NCBI GenBank assembly: GCA_964016885.1 | Contig: OZ024744.1 | Coordinates: forward strand, 8,680,001-8,744,000 | DNA from: Eledone cirrhosa | Taxonomy: Eukaryota | Reading direction: 5' to 3' | DNA length: 64,000 nucleotides | Part shown: positions 12,501 through 26,600 of the stretch, one piece after another | How the letters are laid out: the number at the start of each line of letters is the position of its first letter | How positions within the stretch are numbered: position 1 is the stretch's first letter | Translations under genes and position numbers: made by a program | Notes under the pieces: generated by a model | What the model was told of the DNA's origin: nothing | The model's input: only the letters and a program-made list of their open reading frames with translations | Database searches by the model: none

Positions 12501-13429
12501 GATCAGTGGAACTTCCACTCTCGAGTTCTATAGAGGATTAGTGGTTGGCAAGTGCAATGACGCACTCAGAGAAGCTTTGGTCCTCGACGAAGTCGAACTC
12601 ACCAGGCTGTACCGGAGGACTTTTGAGCCGGGGACGATGGACAATTTCCAGAAATCCCTCGCTTGGCTGTGCTACTGGGAGGCACTGCCGATTCGGGATA
12701 AACTCTACAGGCACGGAAGTGCTGTCAGACCGACCTGCCCAAGATGCGCACAGAACGACGAAACCGTTCTGCACGGACTTGTCCAATGTCCGTACATTAC
12801 TGACTTGTGGAGTTATGTCGAACAGCTACTGTCGCGTGTGGAACGAATCCGGCTATCAGCCGAGTCCATAGTGAAGATCGATCCACCGCCTTCCTTAGGT
12901 CAGGAAGAGCAGGCAATTTTCCTCTGTCTGGTGGCATTTGCGAAAGAGGTTATATGGTGGACCAGGTTAAAAGGACTGAAGACAGACACTTTTCTCTTCG
13001 GCCAATCCCTCATCAACTTCTTCAAGTTTTACCTGGAAAGGAAGGTGAGGGTGGTGAGAGAAGTGCTGCCCCCCAGTACATTTGCTAAAAGGTGGGTGAA
13101 TGTGGCGAGATTGGCTCGTGTGAATGGGCCTACTCTGACCATGCGCCTATAGCCTAGCTAACTTGAGGAGAGGGATTCTCTCCCTGAGTGCCCTAGAAGC
13201 GCAGGGTGGTTCGGGATTGGTGGGGTACCCGAGTCACCCCAGGGTCGTCCACCCCCTATCGGGGAATTTATTTTGTTATATTTATGCATAGTTTATTTTA
13301 TATTTTTATACATTCATTGCTAAATTAGTCTTGCCATTGTGCACTTTTACTCGACCTTATTGTAAACCCCCACTGTCCCTGTCTTCGTATTGTCCCCTAC
13401 ATGTCGGCCCTTGTGGTTAATAAATGAAA

Positions 13430-13432
<3 letters not shown>
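9594..13432 (+). mobile_element. Tx1/L1-type family B: ORF1 tail plus frameshifted ORF2 (APE-RT-Zn) and 3' UTR
   Basis: SYIDRIF, SDHKFV, NFRPITLLN, DQSKAFD, YADD, CPRC...ETVLHGLVQC; AATAAA then (ATT)n. Clearly diverged from family A. Confidence 0.92.
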
Positions 13433-13470
<38 letters not shown>

Positions 13471-13685
13471 GGCGACCTACGTAGTAAATCGTATCATCGT
13501 GAGCTCCGCAAAGGTTTGTTATTTTCAGTTGTTTAAAATTGCCATTTATGGAAAATCTTTATTGTTAACTGTATATAAGTGCACATACATTGATTTCTGA
13601 AAAGGACACTCAAAAATATTGGGGCCTTGAGGCCAAAATTTAAACTTTTTATAATTATCAAACAAAAATTTTTCTTTGAAAAATC

Positions 13686-15610
13686 ATGGATGACTCAGAG
13701 TCACTCCTTCCTCACAAACTAAAACCTCACACCGACACCACCATTGTAAATATTACTACGTTTGCCAACACTGGAAATGTAAGCAATAGCAATATTTTTA
13801 ATTTGTCTCAGGCAGACATTCATTTCCCGCCATTACCAATGACTGCAGGTGTTAAAGCCGCCACCACCAACGCGACAACCACCACCCCCACCACCACCAC
13901 AGAAACAAAACAAAAAAATAAATTAACTCGTGATATCGAAATGAATTGAACCAAAATGAACTCTTCCACACCGAACACCACTGACGCCACCACCTCCACA
14001 ACTGAAACTAAAATTAATAAGAAAAATAACGATAACAACAACAGCAACAAAGAAATTAAGAAAACCACCCTGAGTTTTGCCAGAGTAGCAAAAAGTGCGA
14101 AACAATCCAGGTAACTCAGGAGGAATTAGAAGAAGCCAAAGAATGGTAAAGAAAGATGGGTACAAGGTCAGCCTCACCCCCCCCCCCCCCTAATAAAAGT
14201 GAGCAACGTCGCCTATGCACCGAGTCTTATCGTACAATTAACATAAAATCGCGCCGAGTGGAACGGGCATCCGAGTCCCAAATCCAAAAAGCTTTGGGAC
14301 ATGTGTGGGCAAAAAAAACCCACGTCAGACGTGGGCAGAAGTATGGAACCGTGGACGTGTTCTTTGAAACACCACAGGAGGCTAGAGAACACTCCATGGC
14401 CCCATTAAGAAGTGACGACTTCACACTCGTCCCAAGCTATTGTGGCCAGAGACTTGTGAAGATCAGGGTGACCCACGTTCCACCGGCCATCGAAATTCCC
14501 TGGCTAATGGCTGCCGTCCTCGCCGGCATCGAGGCCAACACCAAGATAATTAAAATAGCGAAAGAAAAGCAGGAGAACTGGTCCGGATCTGGGATGGAGC
14601 TCCTGATCCAAGCGGACTATAAAAGCATTGAGGAGATCCCAGAGGTAATAGACCTCACTGACGGCAGCCACCTCACCGTAATCGTCGAGGGCAGAAGACC
14701 AAGGTGTGTCGTTTGTGGTGAAGTAACCCACCTAAGGGCTTTCTGGCTTCAAGCTAAAAGGTTGAGGACACCTCTCTTACCCACCCCAGTGACTCAACCA
14801 TCAACACCACCAGCAGCAGAAATAGCAGCAACAACTGTAGCAGCAACAACAGAAGCAACTGTAACAGCAACAACCCCAGCAACAGTAGCAAAACCAACAC
14901 CACCACCACCCAACGCGCCAGAACTAGCACCAGCGCCTACACCATCCACCACGCCACAACCAAAACCAACGCTTGTGGAGGATTTTCCACTCCCCGGCCT
15001 ATCACAACTGGAGACAGATTGTGACGACGAGGAGTGGGAAACGGTATCAGGAAGAAAAAAAAAAGAAAGCCAAAAATCTCTTCCTTCGCCCTCCAAAAAC
15101 AAAATACAGAAAAAAACATATAAATTATCAAACAAAAAACTTAGGACAGGTATGCCACCATCCACACCAGCATCACCAACCCCATCACCACAAACACCAA
15201 CACCATCACCATCTTTAACACCAACATCACCATCACCAACACCACAAAAGTCACCAAAAAGCGTGACAGAAACAAACCCACAACAAACGCAAAGAAAACA
15301 AAACAACCAAAACGATACACACTACACAGCATTAAATTTGAACAACCAATTATTACACTACGTCCAACACAACACCAGCATCACAGAAAAAGACGACACA
15401 ACGACCCAAAAGTTCATACCACCTCCACACATACAAATCACTCGCCTAACACAGAAAACGTACACGACACTAAAACAAAAATTCCCCAAAGACATCGGAG
15501 ACTTCCGACAAACACTCTCCAGGGGGATTTATATGGACATCCTTCCGGAGGAGGCCACAAGCAGTGAAAAGGATGGAGTAACCATCCTTCCTCTACGAGA
15601 AGTAAGGTAA
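13686..15610 (+). pseudogene. ORF1 (Gag-like; degenerate CCHC knuckle; Thr/Pro-rich linkers), disrupted
   Basis: RRPRCVVCGEVTHLRAF (intact CX2CX4HX4C in copy 3); stop at 13947 and frameshift at the C-run 14177-14190. Confidence 0.85.
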
Positions 15611-15644
15611 GTGGTCTTTCCCATCTTTTCCACTCCATTTCAAC

Positions 15645-18600
15645 ATCACCTCACTCAGAATAGGCAGCATAAAAGCGCGTGTCTTGGGGTCGTCATGGAA
15701 GCGGGGCCACCTGCTCAACGACCTCAGGTCACTAAACATAGATGTAGTGGCCATCAGCGAACCAGAATCTCCGAAACACGGGCCTTCGCACCGATCTTCG
15801 GTGGCTACGATGTGTACGCATCTCCCAGCCGTCCGGGATCGGGGGGAGGAGTTGCTGTGCTTTTTCGGAGAGGTTTGGATCTCGCCATACGGGCCATCTT
15901 CCTGGACCCAGAAGGTAAGTTGGTGGTGCTAGACATGACCAGCGGAGACGGGCAAGCTTTCAGGCTAGTGGCCGTCTATGCCCCGACAGGAGCAGGGCGG
16001 CCTGATTTCTTCCGGCGTCTGGAGACCTTTCTTGGAACGTCCCGCTCTTTAGTGTTAGTGGGCGACTGGAACGGGATCTTAGATGCACGCTGGGACTGTG
16101 TGGGATTAGCGGATAGGGGAGGAGGGTGCAAGAGCCTCACCATCCTGCTCAAAAATTTTGAACTGTCTGACAGGTACCGATTGGATTTCCGGAATGTACC
16201 AATGTGGACTTGGACAAATCGCATAGGGTCCTCCAGATCATATCTAGATAGAGTATTTTGTAGGGAAATAGATAAGTCTAGCATAGGCTGTCCACAATTC
16301 AAGATAGCCAGCTACACGGACCACAAATTCGTGATCTGTGTGCTTGACTTAGATAGGCTTCATAGACGAGGACCCGGCTACTGGAAGCTAAACGCGTCCT
16401 TACCAGCGCGCAAGGCCTACAGAGACTGGATTAGCGAACTAGTTAAGTGGGCGTTGACGGAGGCCATCGTCAACAACAAGTGGTGGTTTGCTCTGAAAAG
16501 AGCAATTAGAATAGAGTCCATTAGGTTTAGTAAGGCTTTAGCAATAGAGAAAAATAGAGCAGAGGAAGAATTAGTTAGAAAATTAGACGAGGCCCTTAGC
16601 AAAGGCTACGCGACCGACGTCCTTGAGGCGAAATTGGCCCTTGACCAATTCTTCAATGCAAACCACGAAGGCTGCGTTGTCAGAGCAAGGGTGCGTGCTC
16701 TCAGACACGAGGGGACGAAAGCCGTTTAATGGGCCCGAGTAGCGGAGGCGCGTCATGTCAACAAAGCCACGATCCGGTCTTTGGTGGACCACGACGGGCG
16801 CATGCTACTCGATCCCGGGCAAATATGTGAAGCTTTTCAGCGACACTTCGCTCAGCTGTTCGGGGGCAGTGGTGGGCCGTGTCGAGTGATGGACTTTAGT
16901 GTCTACCTCGACGGACTGCCGCGGCACTCGGCCACTCAGGCGGAGGTTTGCGAAAAGCCGATAACAGCCGCTGAAGTACGGGAGGCAATGACTAGCTGCA
17001 CAAGGGGTAAATCGCCTGGTTTGGATGGTCTGCCCTATGAACTTTACGTACAGATGCCAGACTTGTTCGGAGGCCTCTTGGCGGACGTCTACTGCAACTG
17101 GCAACAGAACGGGAGAATTCCCAGATCTGTGAGCCGAGCAGCTGTGGCGCTGCTGGGAAAGGATCCGAACAAGGGGGATAACATAGATAATTTTAGGCCA
17201 TAACTCTGCTAAACACAGAGTCCAAGATTTTGGCCAAGGTGCTTGCAAAGAGGTTGGCGCTTGTCGTTGGTGGTCTGGTGGGAGAGGGGCAGACATGCGC
17301 CATTCCCGACAGATCCATCCACGACAACCTCCACCTCATGCGATACATCGTAGAGAAGGTAGCTAGGGAACCTGGCACGGGTGGGTCCTTTATCAATATA
17401 GATCAGTCGAAAGCTTTTGATAGGGTCGACCATCGTTACCTAGCGGCAGTCCTGAGGGCGGCTGGCTTTGCGCCCGTCTTTAGAGGCTGGATCGGTGCCA
17501 TGCACAGTGACATCTGCTCTGTGGTGAGAGTGAACGGTCACCTTTCGGAACCGTTCAATATCATGCGCTCGTTCCGCCAAGGATGTCCCCTCTCGTCCCT
17601 CTTGTACGTATTGACTCTCGAGCCATTACTGCACAAGCTGGAGACGTTGAGGGGGGTCCCGCGTGAACTAGGATGCGGAAGATCCGTGTCAGCATATGCG
17701 GACGATGTCACCGTAGTGGTATCGAACGCCAAACACATCGAGGCCATCGGCACTACACTAAGAGAATACGAAGCGGTGACAGGAGCAATGATCAACCAAG
17801 AAAAGTCAGTGGGCCTGCAACTCGGCACCTGGAGAGGCAGGTCCATGCCATCCAACGGTGTCGTCGGGTGCTGGACGGACGGACCAGTTAAATTGCTCGG
17901 GGTCTGGTTCGGTCCGGATCTCCAGACGGACAAAAACTGGGACGAGGTGACGAGCAGAGTGGCTCCTCTCACCCAGAAATGGGCCGAGAGGAAGCTATCT
18001 CTGAAAGGTCGAGCGGAGGTGGCTAGCGCGTACATCGCGTCCGTCATCTACTACGGCCTGACCATCGTGCCTTGTCCTAAGCCCCGCCTGACTGCGCTGG
18101 AGCATTTGCTATTTCGCTTTTTGAGTTCCGATGGTCAGGCGATCCATCTGCTGTCAACACCCGCAACGTGGAGGGCTGGGCATGCCGTGGTTGATGATGC
18201 GCAGACACGCGCTTAGGCTACGACATCTCCACCTCTTCCTCGACGGTGATCAGATGTGGTCTCTGTTTGCTAGACGCGTCTTTCCCCAGCTCGTCTCCTT
18301 GATGGAGCTGTAGTCCTGGGTCAAGCGAAGACCGAGAGGGAGCGCTTGGAGACTGGAATGTCTTCAGGGGCTCACAGCCCTCGACCAAATGGGCAATGTG
18401 ATCGGTAGAAACTCCACATTGGCGTTCTATAGAGGATTAGTGGACGGGAAGAGCGATGACATACTTGGGGAAACTCTAGGTGTCGACAAAAATCAACTAG
18501 CCAATCTCTTCGGAAGGACTTTCGGGCCGGGGCCTATGGACAACTTCCAGAAATCCCTGGCCTGGCAGTGCTACCGAGGAGCTTTGCCAGTTCGGGATAA

Positions 18601-19051
18601 ACTCTACAGGCATGGAGGTGCCGTCACCCGGGCATGTCCGAGATGCGCGCAGGCCGACGAAACCGTCCTGCACGCACTCGTCCAGTGTCCGAAAATTGCT
18701 GACTTGTGGGTTTATGTCGAACACCTGCTGTCGCGTGTAGGACGGATCCAGCTATCAGCTGAGTCCATCGTGAGGATTCCCCCGTCCTCTCCCTTTAGCC
18801 GGGAAGGGCAGGCAGTTTTTATCTGTCTGGTGGCCATGGCGAAAGAGATAGTATGGTGGACACGTTTGAAAGGGCTGAAGACGAGCACTTACCTCTTTGG
18901 TGATGCCCTGATTAACTTTTTCAAATTTCATTTAAAAAGGAAAATCACGGTAGAAAGGGAAGTGCTCTCTTCCCAGCATTTTGTTGAAAGATGGGTCAGA
19001 GAGGCAAGAATGGCCCGAGTGAATGGGCCTACTCTGAGTATGTATCTGTAA
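15645..19051 (+). pseudogene. ORF2 APE endonuclease / reverse transcriptase, disrupted
   Basis: Pieces 15611..16729, 16781..17203, 17230..18216 and 18389..19051 carry colinear APE, RT and Zn motifs; ATG is mutated to ATC in this copy. Confidence 0.9.
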
Positions 19052-19323
19052 ATTAAAGGTGTAAAATTGGGAGAGGGCACTTGCCTTGCTGGTCAGGGTC
19101 ACTGTGGCCTTTTACTGGGCTTTCTCCACAAATGTCCCTCCGAAGTCTCCCCCCTATTGGGGAATTTTTCATTGTTACTTTTTTGTTACATCCTCTGTTT
19201 TTGTTTTTTACACGCAGAAATGCCCATTTGTACCGTCCTGCATTGTCCTGCACTGTCCTTAATGTCTACTTTATGTAAACCCTTGTGGTTAATAAAGAAA
19301 TCATTATTATTATTATTATTATT

Positions 19324-22300
19324 GGCGACCCACGTAGTATATCGTATCATCGTGAGCTCCGCAAAGGTTTGTTATTTCCGTTTGTTAAAAATTGCCATTT
19401 ATGGAAAATATTATTGTTAACTGTTTATAAGCACACATACATTGTTTTCCGAAAAGGACACCCAAAAAGATTGGGGCCTTGTGCCCAAAATTTTAACTTT
19501 TATTATTATCCAAAAATTTCTTTGAAAAAAATGGTTAATTCCCCTCTGCACGAAGCAGCTGAAAGCCTTCCTCACAAAATAACACCTCACACCGACACCA
19601 CCATTGTAAATGTTACTACGTTTGCCAACACAAAAAAAAATATAAGCAGTAGCAATATTTTAAATTTGTCTCAGGCAGACATACATTTCCCGCCATTACC
19701 AATGACTGCAGGTGTTAAAACCTCCACCACCACCACCACCGCGACAACCACCACCCCCACCACCACCGCGACAACAGAAACAAAAGAAGAAAAAAATAAA
19801 TTAACTCGTGATGTCGAAATGAAATCAAGCAAAATGGACTCTTCCGCACCAAAGACGAATGACGTCACCACCACCACAACTGAAACAAAAATTAAGATTA
19901 ACACAAATAACGATAGCAACAACAACAACAATGACATTATAAAACCGACCCTCAGTTTCGCCATCGTAGCAAAACAATTCGAAGCGTTCACGGTAACTCA
20001 AGAAGATTTAGAAAATGCCAAACAAATGGTAAAGAAAGATGGGTACAAGGTCAGCCTCACCCCCCCCCCCCCCACCTAATAAAATGGAGCATCGGCGCCT
20101 GTGCACCGTGTCGTATAGAACAATAAATGTAAAATCGCGCCGAGTGGAACGGGCATCCGAGTCCCAAATCCAAAAAGCTTTGGGACATGTGTGGGCAAGA
20201 AAAACCCACATCAGACGTGGGCAAAAGTATGGAACCGTGAATGTGTTCTTTGAAACACCAGAGGAGGCTAGAGAACACTCCATGGCCCCATTAAAAAGTG
20301 ACGACCTCACACTCGTCCCAAGCTATTGTGGCCAGAGACTCTTGAAGATCAGGGTGACCCACGTTCCACCGGCCATCGAAATTCCCTGGCTAATGGCTGC
20401 CGTCCTCGCCGGCATCGAGGCCAACACCAAGATAATTAAAATAGCGAAAGAAAAGCAGGAGAACTGGTCCGGATCTTGGATGGAGCTCCTGATCCAAGCG
20501 GACCAAAAAAGCATTGAGGAGATCCCAGAGGTAATAGACCTCACTGACGGCAGCCACCTCACGGTAATCGTCGAGGGCAGAAGACCTAGGTGTGTCGTTT
20601 GTGGTGAAGGAACCCACCTAAGGGCGTTCTGCCCTCAGGCTAAAAGGTTGAGGCCTCCTCTCCTACCCACCCCAGTGACACAACCATCAACACCACCCGT
20701 AGCAGAGATGGCAGCAAGAACTGTAGCAGCAACAACAGAAGCAACTATAACAGCAACAACCCCAGCAACAGTAGCAAAACTAACACCACTACCACCACCA
20801 GCAAAACCAACACCACCACCACCCAACGCTTCAGAACTAGCACCAGCGCCTACACCATCCACCACACCACAACCAAAACTAACGGCTGTGGAGGATTTTC
20901 CACTCCCCGGCCTATCACAACTGGAGACAGATTGTGACGACGAGGAGTGGGAAACGATATCCGGAAAAAAAAAAGAAACCAAAAAAGAAAAAATTCTCTT
21001 CCTTCCCCCTCCAAAAACAAAATACAGAGGGAAACAAATAAACTAAGAAACAAAAAAGTTAGGACAGATATGCCACCATCCACACCAGCATCACCAACCC
21101 CATCAACCCAAACACCAACACCATCACCATCATTATCCCCAGCACCACCATCACCTACACCACAAAAGTCACCAAAATGCGAAGCAGAAACAAACCCACA
21201 ACAAACGCAAACAAAACAAAACAACCAAAACGATACACACTACACAGCATTAAATTTGAACAACAAGCAATTATTACACTACATCCAACACAGCACCAGC
21301 ATCACAGAAAAAGACTTCACAATAACCCCAAAATTCACACCACCTCCACACATACAAATCACTCGCATCACACAGAAAACGTACATGACACTAAAACAAA
21401 AATTCCCCAAAGACATCGGAGACTTCCGACAAGCACTCTCCAGGAGGATTTATAAGGACATCCTTCCTGAGGAGGCCACAAGCAGTGAAAAGGATGGAAA
21501 GCCGTCCTTCCCCTACGAGAAGTAAGGTAAGTGGTCTTTCCCATCTTTTCCACTCCTTTTCAACATGACCTCACTCAGAATAGGCAGCATAAATGCGCGT
21601 GGCTTGGGGTCGTCATGGAAGCAGGGCCGCCTGCTCAACGACCTCAGGTCACTAAACATAGATGTAGTGGCCATCAGCGAGACCAGAATCTCCGAAGCAC
21701 AGGCTTTCGCACCGATCTTCGGCGGCTACGATGTGTACGCATCTCCCAGCCGTCCGGAATCGGGGGAGGAGTTGCTGTGCTTTTTCGGAGAGGTTTGGAT
21801 CTTGCCATACGGGCCATCTTCCTGGACCCAGAAGGTAAGTTGGTGGTGCTGGACGTGACCAGCGGAGACGGGCAAGCTTTCAGGTTAGTGGCCGTCTATG
21901 CCCCGACAGGAGCAGGGCGGCCTGATTTCTTCCGCCGTCTGGAGACCTTTCTTGGAACGTCCCGCTCTTTAGTGTTAGTGGGAAACTCTAGGTGTCGACA
22001 AAAATCAACTAGCCAATCTCTTCGGAAGGACTTTCGGGCCGGGGCCTATGGACAACTTCCAGAAATCCCTGGCCTGGCAGTGCTACCGAGGAGCTTTGCC
22101 AGTTCGGGATAAACTCTACAGGCATGGAGGTGCCGTCACCCGGGCATGTCCGAGATGCGCGCAGGCCGACGAAACCGTCCTGCACGCACTCGTCCAGTGT
22201 CCGAAAATTTCTGACTTGTGGGTTTATGTCGAACACCTGCTGTCACGTGTAGGACGGATCCAGCTATCAGCTGAGTCCATCGTGAGGATTGCCCCGCCCC

Positions 22301-22805
22301 CTTCCTTTAGCCTGGAAGGGAAGGCAGTTTTTATCTGTCTGGTGGCCATGGCGAAAGAGATAGTATGGTGGACACGTTTGAAAGGGCTGAAGACGAGCAC
22401 TTACCTCTTCGGTGATGCCCTGATTAACTTTTTCAAATTTCATTTGAAAAGGAAAGTAAGGGTAGAGAGGGAAGTGCTCTCTTCCCAGCATTTTGTTGAA
22501 AGATGGGTGAGAGAAGCAAGTATGGCCCGAATGAATGGGCCTTTTCTGAGTATGTGTCTGTAAATTAAAGGTGGAAAACTGGGAGAGGGCACTTGCCCTG
22601 GTGGTCAGGGCCACTGTGGTCTTTTAATGGGCTTTCTCCACAAATGTCCCTTGGAAGTCTCCCCCCTATTGGGGAATTTTTCTTTGTTATTTTATTTCAA
22701 CCTCTGTTTTTTTACACGCAGAAATGCCCATTTGTACCGTCCTGTATTGTCCTGTACTGTCCTTAATGTCTACTTTATGTGAACCCTTGTGGTTAATAAA
22801 GAAAA

Positions 22806-22807
<2 letters not shown>
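19324..22807 (+). mobile_element. Tx1 family A copy 3, with ~2.4-kb internal deletion of most of ORF2
   Basis: Same 5' and 3' ends as copy 2; junction AGTGTTAGTGGG/AAACTCTAGG at ~21982 corresponds to 16062 joined to 18471; intact knuckle CVVCGEGTHLRAFC. Confidence 0.93.
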
Positions 22808-22860
<53 letters not shown>

Positions 22861-23571
22861 GTTCTTTGAGTCTCAGTCTTTGATGTTAGTTAACTGGAAA
22901 GTTTGTTAAAATGAATATCAAGCCACTACCTGCAGCCTCAGATATTCAGGACGTATCGGAGTGTTCTTGCTGTTCCCAGCAAGCATGCCTTTTGAAGCGT
23001 TCCAAAAAGCGTGAAGGGGCCAATTTTCTTTAACCATCCTTGGAATCTCTTTGAGATAGTACCTAGTGCGCCTATGACAATCGGGACCACTTTGACTTTA
23101 TGGCAGTTCCAAATCCTTTTTACCTCCCACTTTAAGTCCTGGTATCGGTCAATTTTCTCCCTCTCCTTCACATGCACTCTCGTGTCGAATGGGCAGGCCA
23201 CATCCACAATCAGGCACGATCTTTTTTCCTTGTCCAAAACCACCAGGTCAGGTCTATTGTGTTCCAGTTTCTTGTCCGTCTGTATCCTAAAATGCCACAG
23301 CACCTTCACCTGATCCTTTTCTATCACCGACTCTGGCTTATGCTCATACCACTTCTCAGAATGTGGTAAATTGTTCACTTTGCATAGATGCCAGTAGATC
23401 ACCCTGCCCATCACATCATCTCTCCAGCCTTTATAGTGAGTCTGGGCTAGGTGCTTACACTCGGATACAACGTGAGCCACAGTCTCCTCTCTCTCTCCAC
23501 AGATCCTGCACAGTGGGCTAGCCTCCTCCTTGTAAATATGGTGTTTCAACCACTTCGTTTTGAGGGCCTGC

Positions 23572-23572
<1 letters not shown>
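22861..23572 (-). mobile_element. R4/Dong-type family 1, 3' fragment
   Basis: ORF 22938..23549 closely matches the C-terminus of 5570..7435; (ATT)n on both sides. Confidence 0.92.
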
Positions 23573-23601
<29 letters not shown>

Positions 23602-23603
<2 letters not shown>

Positions 23604-26600
23604 AGTTGCATTTATCTTGCTTTATGTTCATACGAGTTATCACCAAGTCACAACCAGTGACCTCAAGAGACAACAAGGTCCGCCATGTTCAAGAAAGAAC
23701 ATACATACTCACACATGCATCTTTAGTGTTTAGACTTGTGATGTACTTATATTGACAGAATCTTCCTTAGTATATGGGTAGTTCCCATTAGTACTATCTT
23801 TTGTATTTCTCCTATACGCGGGTTTCCTGGGATTTGCGATAAGTAATCATTAGACCCCTTAGGTATCATTCCCAGAGCGCCTACAACCACTGGTATTGTT
23901 TTAGTTCTCAATTTCCACATTTTTCCAATTTCTATCTCCAGGTCCTTATACTTGCCCAATTTTTCAAATGTTTTTATAGATACATTCTTGTCTATTGGAA
24001 CGGACATATCAATTAGCAGGCATACCCTCATTTTAAAGTCCTTCAATATTATATCAGGTCTATTTGCATCTATTTTTCGGTCTGTTTGGATGCTAAAGTT
24101 CCACAAGATTGAGATGTGATGTTTTTCAAGTATGGGAGGTGGTTGATGCTCCCACCAATTCTTTTGATGTGGCCGGTCAAAATGCTTACACATTATCCAA
24201 TGTATGTATTGTGCAGCTCTGTCATGCCTGTTTAGGTATTCGGTTGGAGCTATAGGACTGCACATTGAAATTATATGGTCAATGGTCTCTGGTTGTTTTT
24301 TGCATACACGGCATAATGGGCTGCATCCATTTTTTATTATGTTGGCTTAGTAATTTTTTGTTGGCAGACACTGATCTTGTGCTGATATAATCAGTCCTCC
24401 AGTTTCCGATTTCAGTCCAGAGGATGCCAACCACTGATGGGTTAAAGTTTTGTCAACATCAGGATTGTTAGCTCGCTCTGGGTATTTTCCATACAGAGGC
24501 TTTTCTTGCCATTTCTTAGCCAGTTTGTGTAGCAGTTCTTTCTTTGCAGTTACTTTTACCTGCTTTGCTTTTTCTGCGTTTTCCATTTCAGCAGTAAATG
24601 GGACTTATGAAATTTGTAGTCCATTACTGTATCTTTGTGCATCTTTTGTAATGGAATATGATCTTTTGATGCTTTCGTGTTTCAAAACGAGTTTGATCAT
24701 CCAATCATGTGATTCTCTTAGATATGTAGATAATCCAAGTGTTGCAGTTTTCAACGCAATGTCTAACTGGATTAACCCACGTCCTCCTTCTTTTCTAGGG
24801 AGATATATTCTATCTATATCTGCCTTAGGGTGATGCATTCTGTGCATGGTTACATTTTTCGAATTTTTGTATCGAGCCTACGGATCTCTGTGCCTGACCA
24901 GTTGATGACATTGTAACTGTAGGTTACTACTGGTATGGCAAGCGTGTTTATGGCATCGATCCTATTCCTTGCATTCAATTCCGTTCTTAAGATTGCTCTT
25001 ACTCTGCGGTAACATTCCTTCCCTATCCTTTCCCTCATTGTCGAGTGCTTGATTCCGTCTCCTTCACAAACACCTAGATATTTGTAAATTTTTTCTTGAT
25101 CAAGTTCTCTTATCACGTTCCCCTGATCAAGATTAATGTCTGAACTCTTCAGCAGCTTTCCTCTGGTGAACGTTGCTCTGGCGCATTTATCTAGTCCAAA
25201 CTCCATTTTAATGTCATCACTGAACTGCCCCACAGTGGATAATAGCCCTTGCAATTTTTCATCATTTTTTGCAAATAGTTTCAGGTCATCCATGTAGAAG
25301 AAGTGATTAATGGTTTTGTCATAGACTTTATATCCATGTTTTGTTTCATTGAGCATTTTACTTAATGGTATAAGTGCGATGCAGAATAAAAGCGGTGATA
25401 AAGAGTCACCCTGCAAAATTCCACAATTAATATTAACTTCTCCAGCTTCCAGTGATTTTGTTTCACTATTCAAAAGGAGTCTCGTTTTCCATGTCTTCAT
25501 ACTGAATGACAAAAACCTCCTGACAACGGGGGATATTTTGAAAATCTCTAAACATTTTTCAATCCAACTGTGTGGCAAACTATCGAATGCTTTTTTATAA
25601 TATATCCAGAGTAACTGACTTAGCGGAGCAAGTGACATACAGAACAGCAAAGGGGGAAATGAGTCGCCTTGGAATATTTCACGATTAATCTTGATTAGTC
25701 TAGATTCCAGTGGTCCGTTGTGGTGTTGAACGACCTTTTTAGTTTTCCAGTCTGTCGTCATTGCAAGGTAGGTAAAATAAAGTTCTAGTAACAGATTTAA
25801 TTGACTTACCCCTTCCCCAAAACATTGCTGGCTTTGTGCCTAATTTAGAAAACATTATCATTATTATGACTGACTATCGGTAGAGGGTCGGACGCCATGC
25901 TTTCCAAGCAATCGATAGATTTTTGTGTCTATTATGACAATCTTCCAGTATCATTTTGTTAACCAGAAGCTGATCCTTACAGCCATATGAGCCTCGTTTA
26001 CACCCTTTCTGCTCAATGGGAAATAGGTCATTTGTTATCAGGTGGTCATATGTGTATTCAGTTAGGACTGATGTTAAAATGTTATACATTGTGGTAAGCA
26101 AGTTATCGGTCTGTAATTTTTGGGATTGTTTGTCTCATCATTCTTCGGAAGCAGGAATGTAATGCCGTTAACTAGCCATGATGGTATCTTTTCTGGCTCC
26201 TTAACTATTTCATTGTAAAGTTGGGCTAACAGCTCATGAGACTCTGTGAAGGCATTTATACAAACGTTTTGTATTTTGTCTTTTCCTGGGGACTTCCATT
26301 TGCTGGTTTTTCTTAGAGCCAAGCGCAACTGTTCAACTGTTATATTTTCCCATATTTGTTCCTCAAGGTGAGCTGTATCTTTCATTTGTCTGTCTATCCA
26401 TGGGGCATGTATGTTATGATCTTTTTCTTCGGCCCAGATCTTTTCCCAGAATTCTTGCACTTCCTCCTTGGGTGGTATTGATTTAGCAGTTATTGTTGAA
26501 TTACCAATTTTTCTGTAGAAGTTTCTTTGGTTGTTTTTGAACATATTATTGTCCTTATAGAATCTAGATCGTTTTTCAAAGCGCCTTATACGAGCAGCTT

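Larger units (their letters stand above)
13471..19302 (+). mobile_element. Tx1/L1-type family A, full-length copy 2 (~5.8 kb, disrupted ORFs)
   Basis: 5' UTR, ORF1 (13686-15610), ORF2 (~15645-19051) with APE, RT (RQGCPLS, YADD) and CPRC...H...C; flanked by (ATT)n on both sides. Confidence 0.95.

Noticed and set aside
14170-14200. Programmed frameshift in Tx1 ORF1 at the poly-C run (broken in all three copies)
   Set aside because: Required shift differs among copies (-1 in copy 1, +1 in copies 2 and 3); homopolymer instability or sequencing error is simpler.
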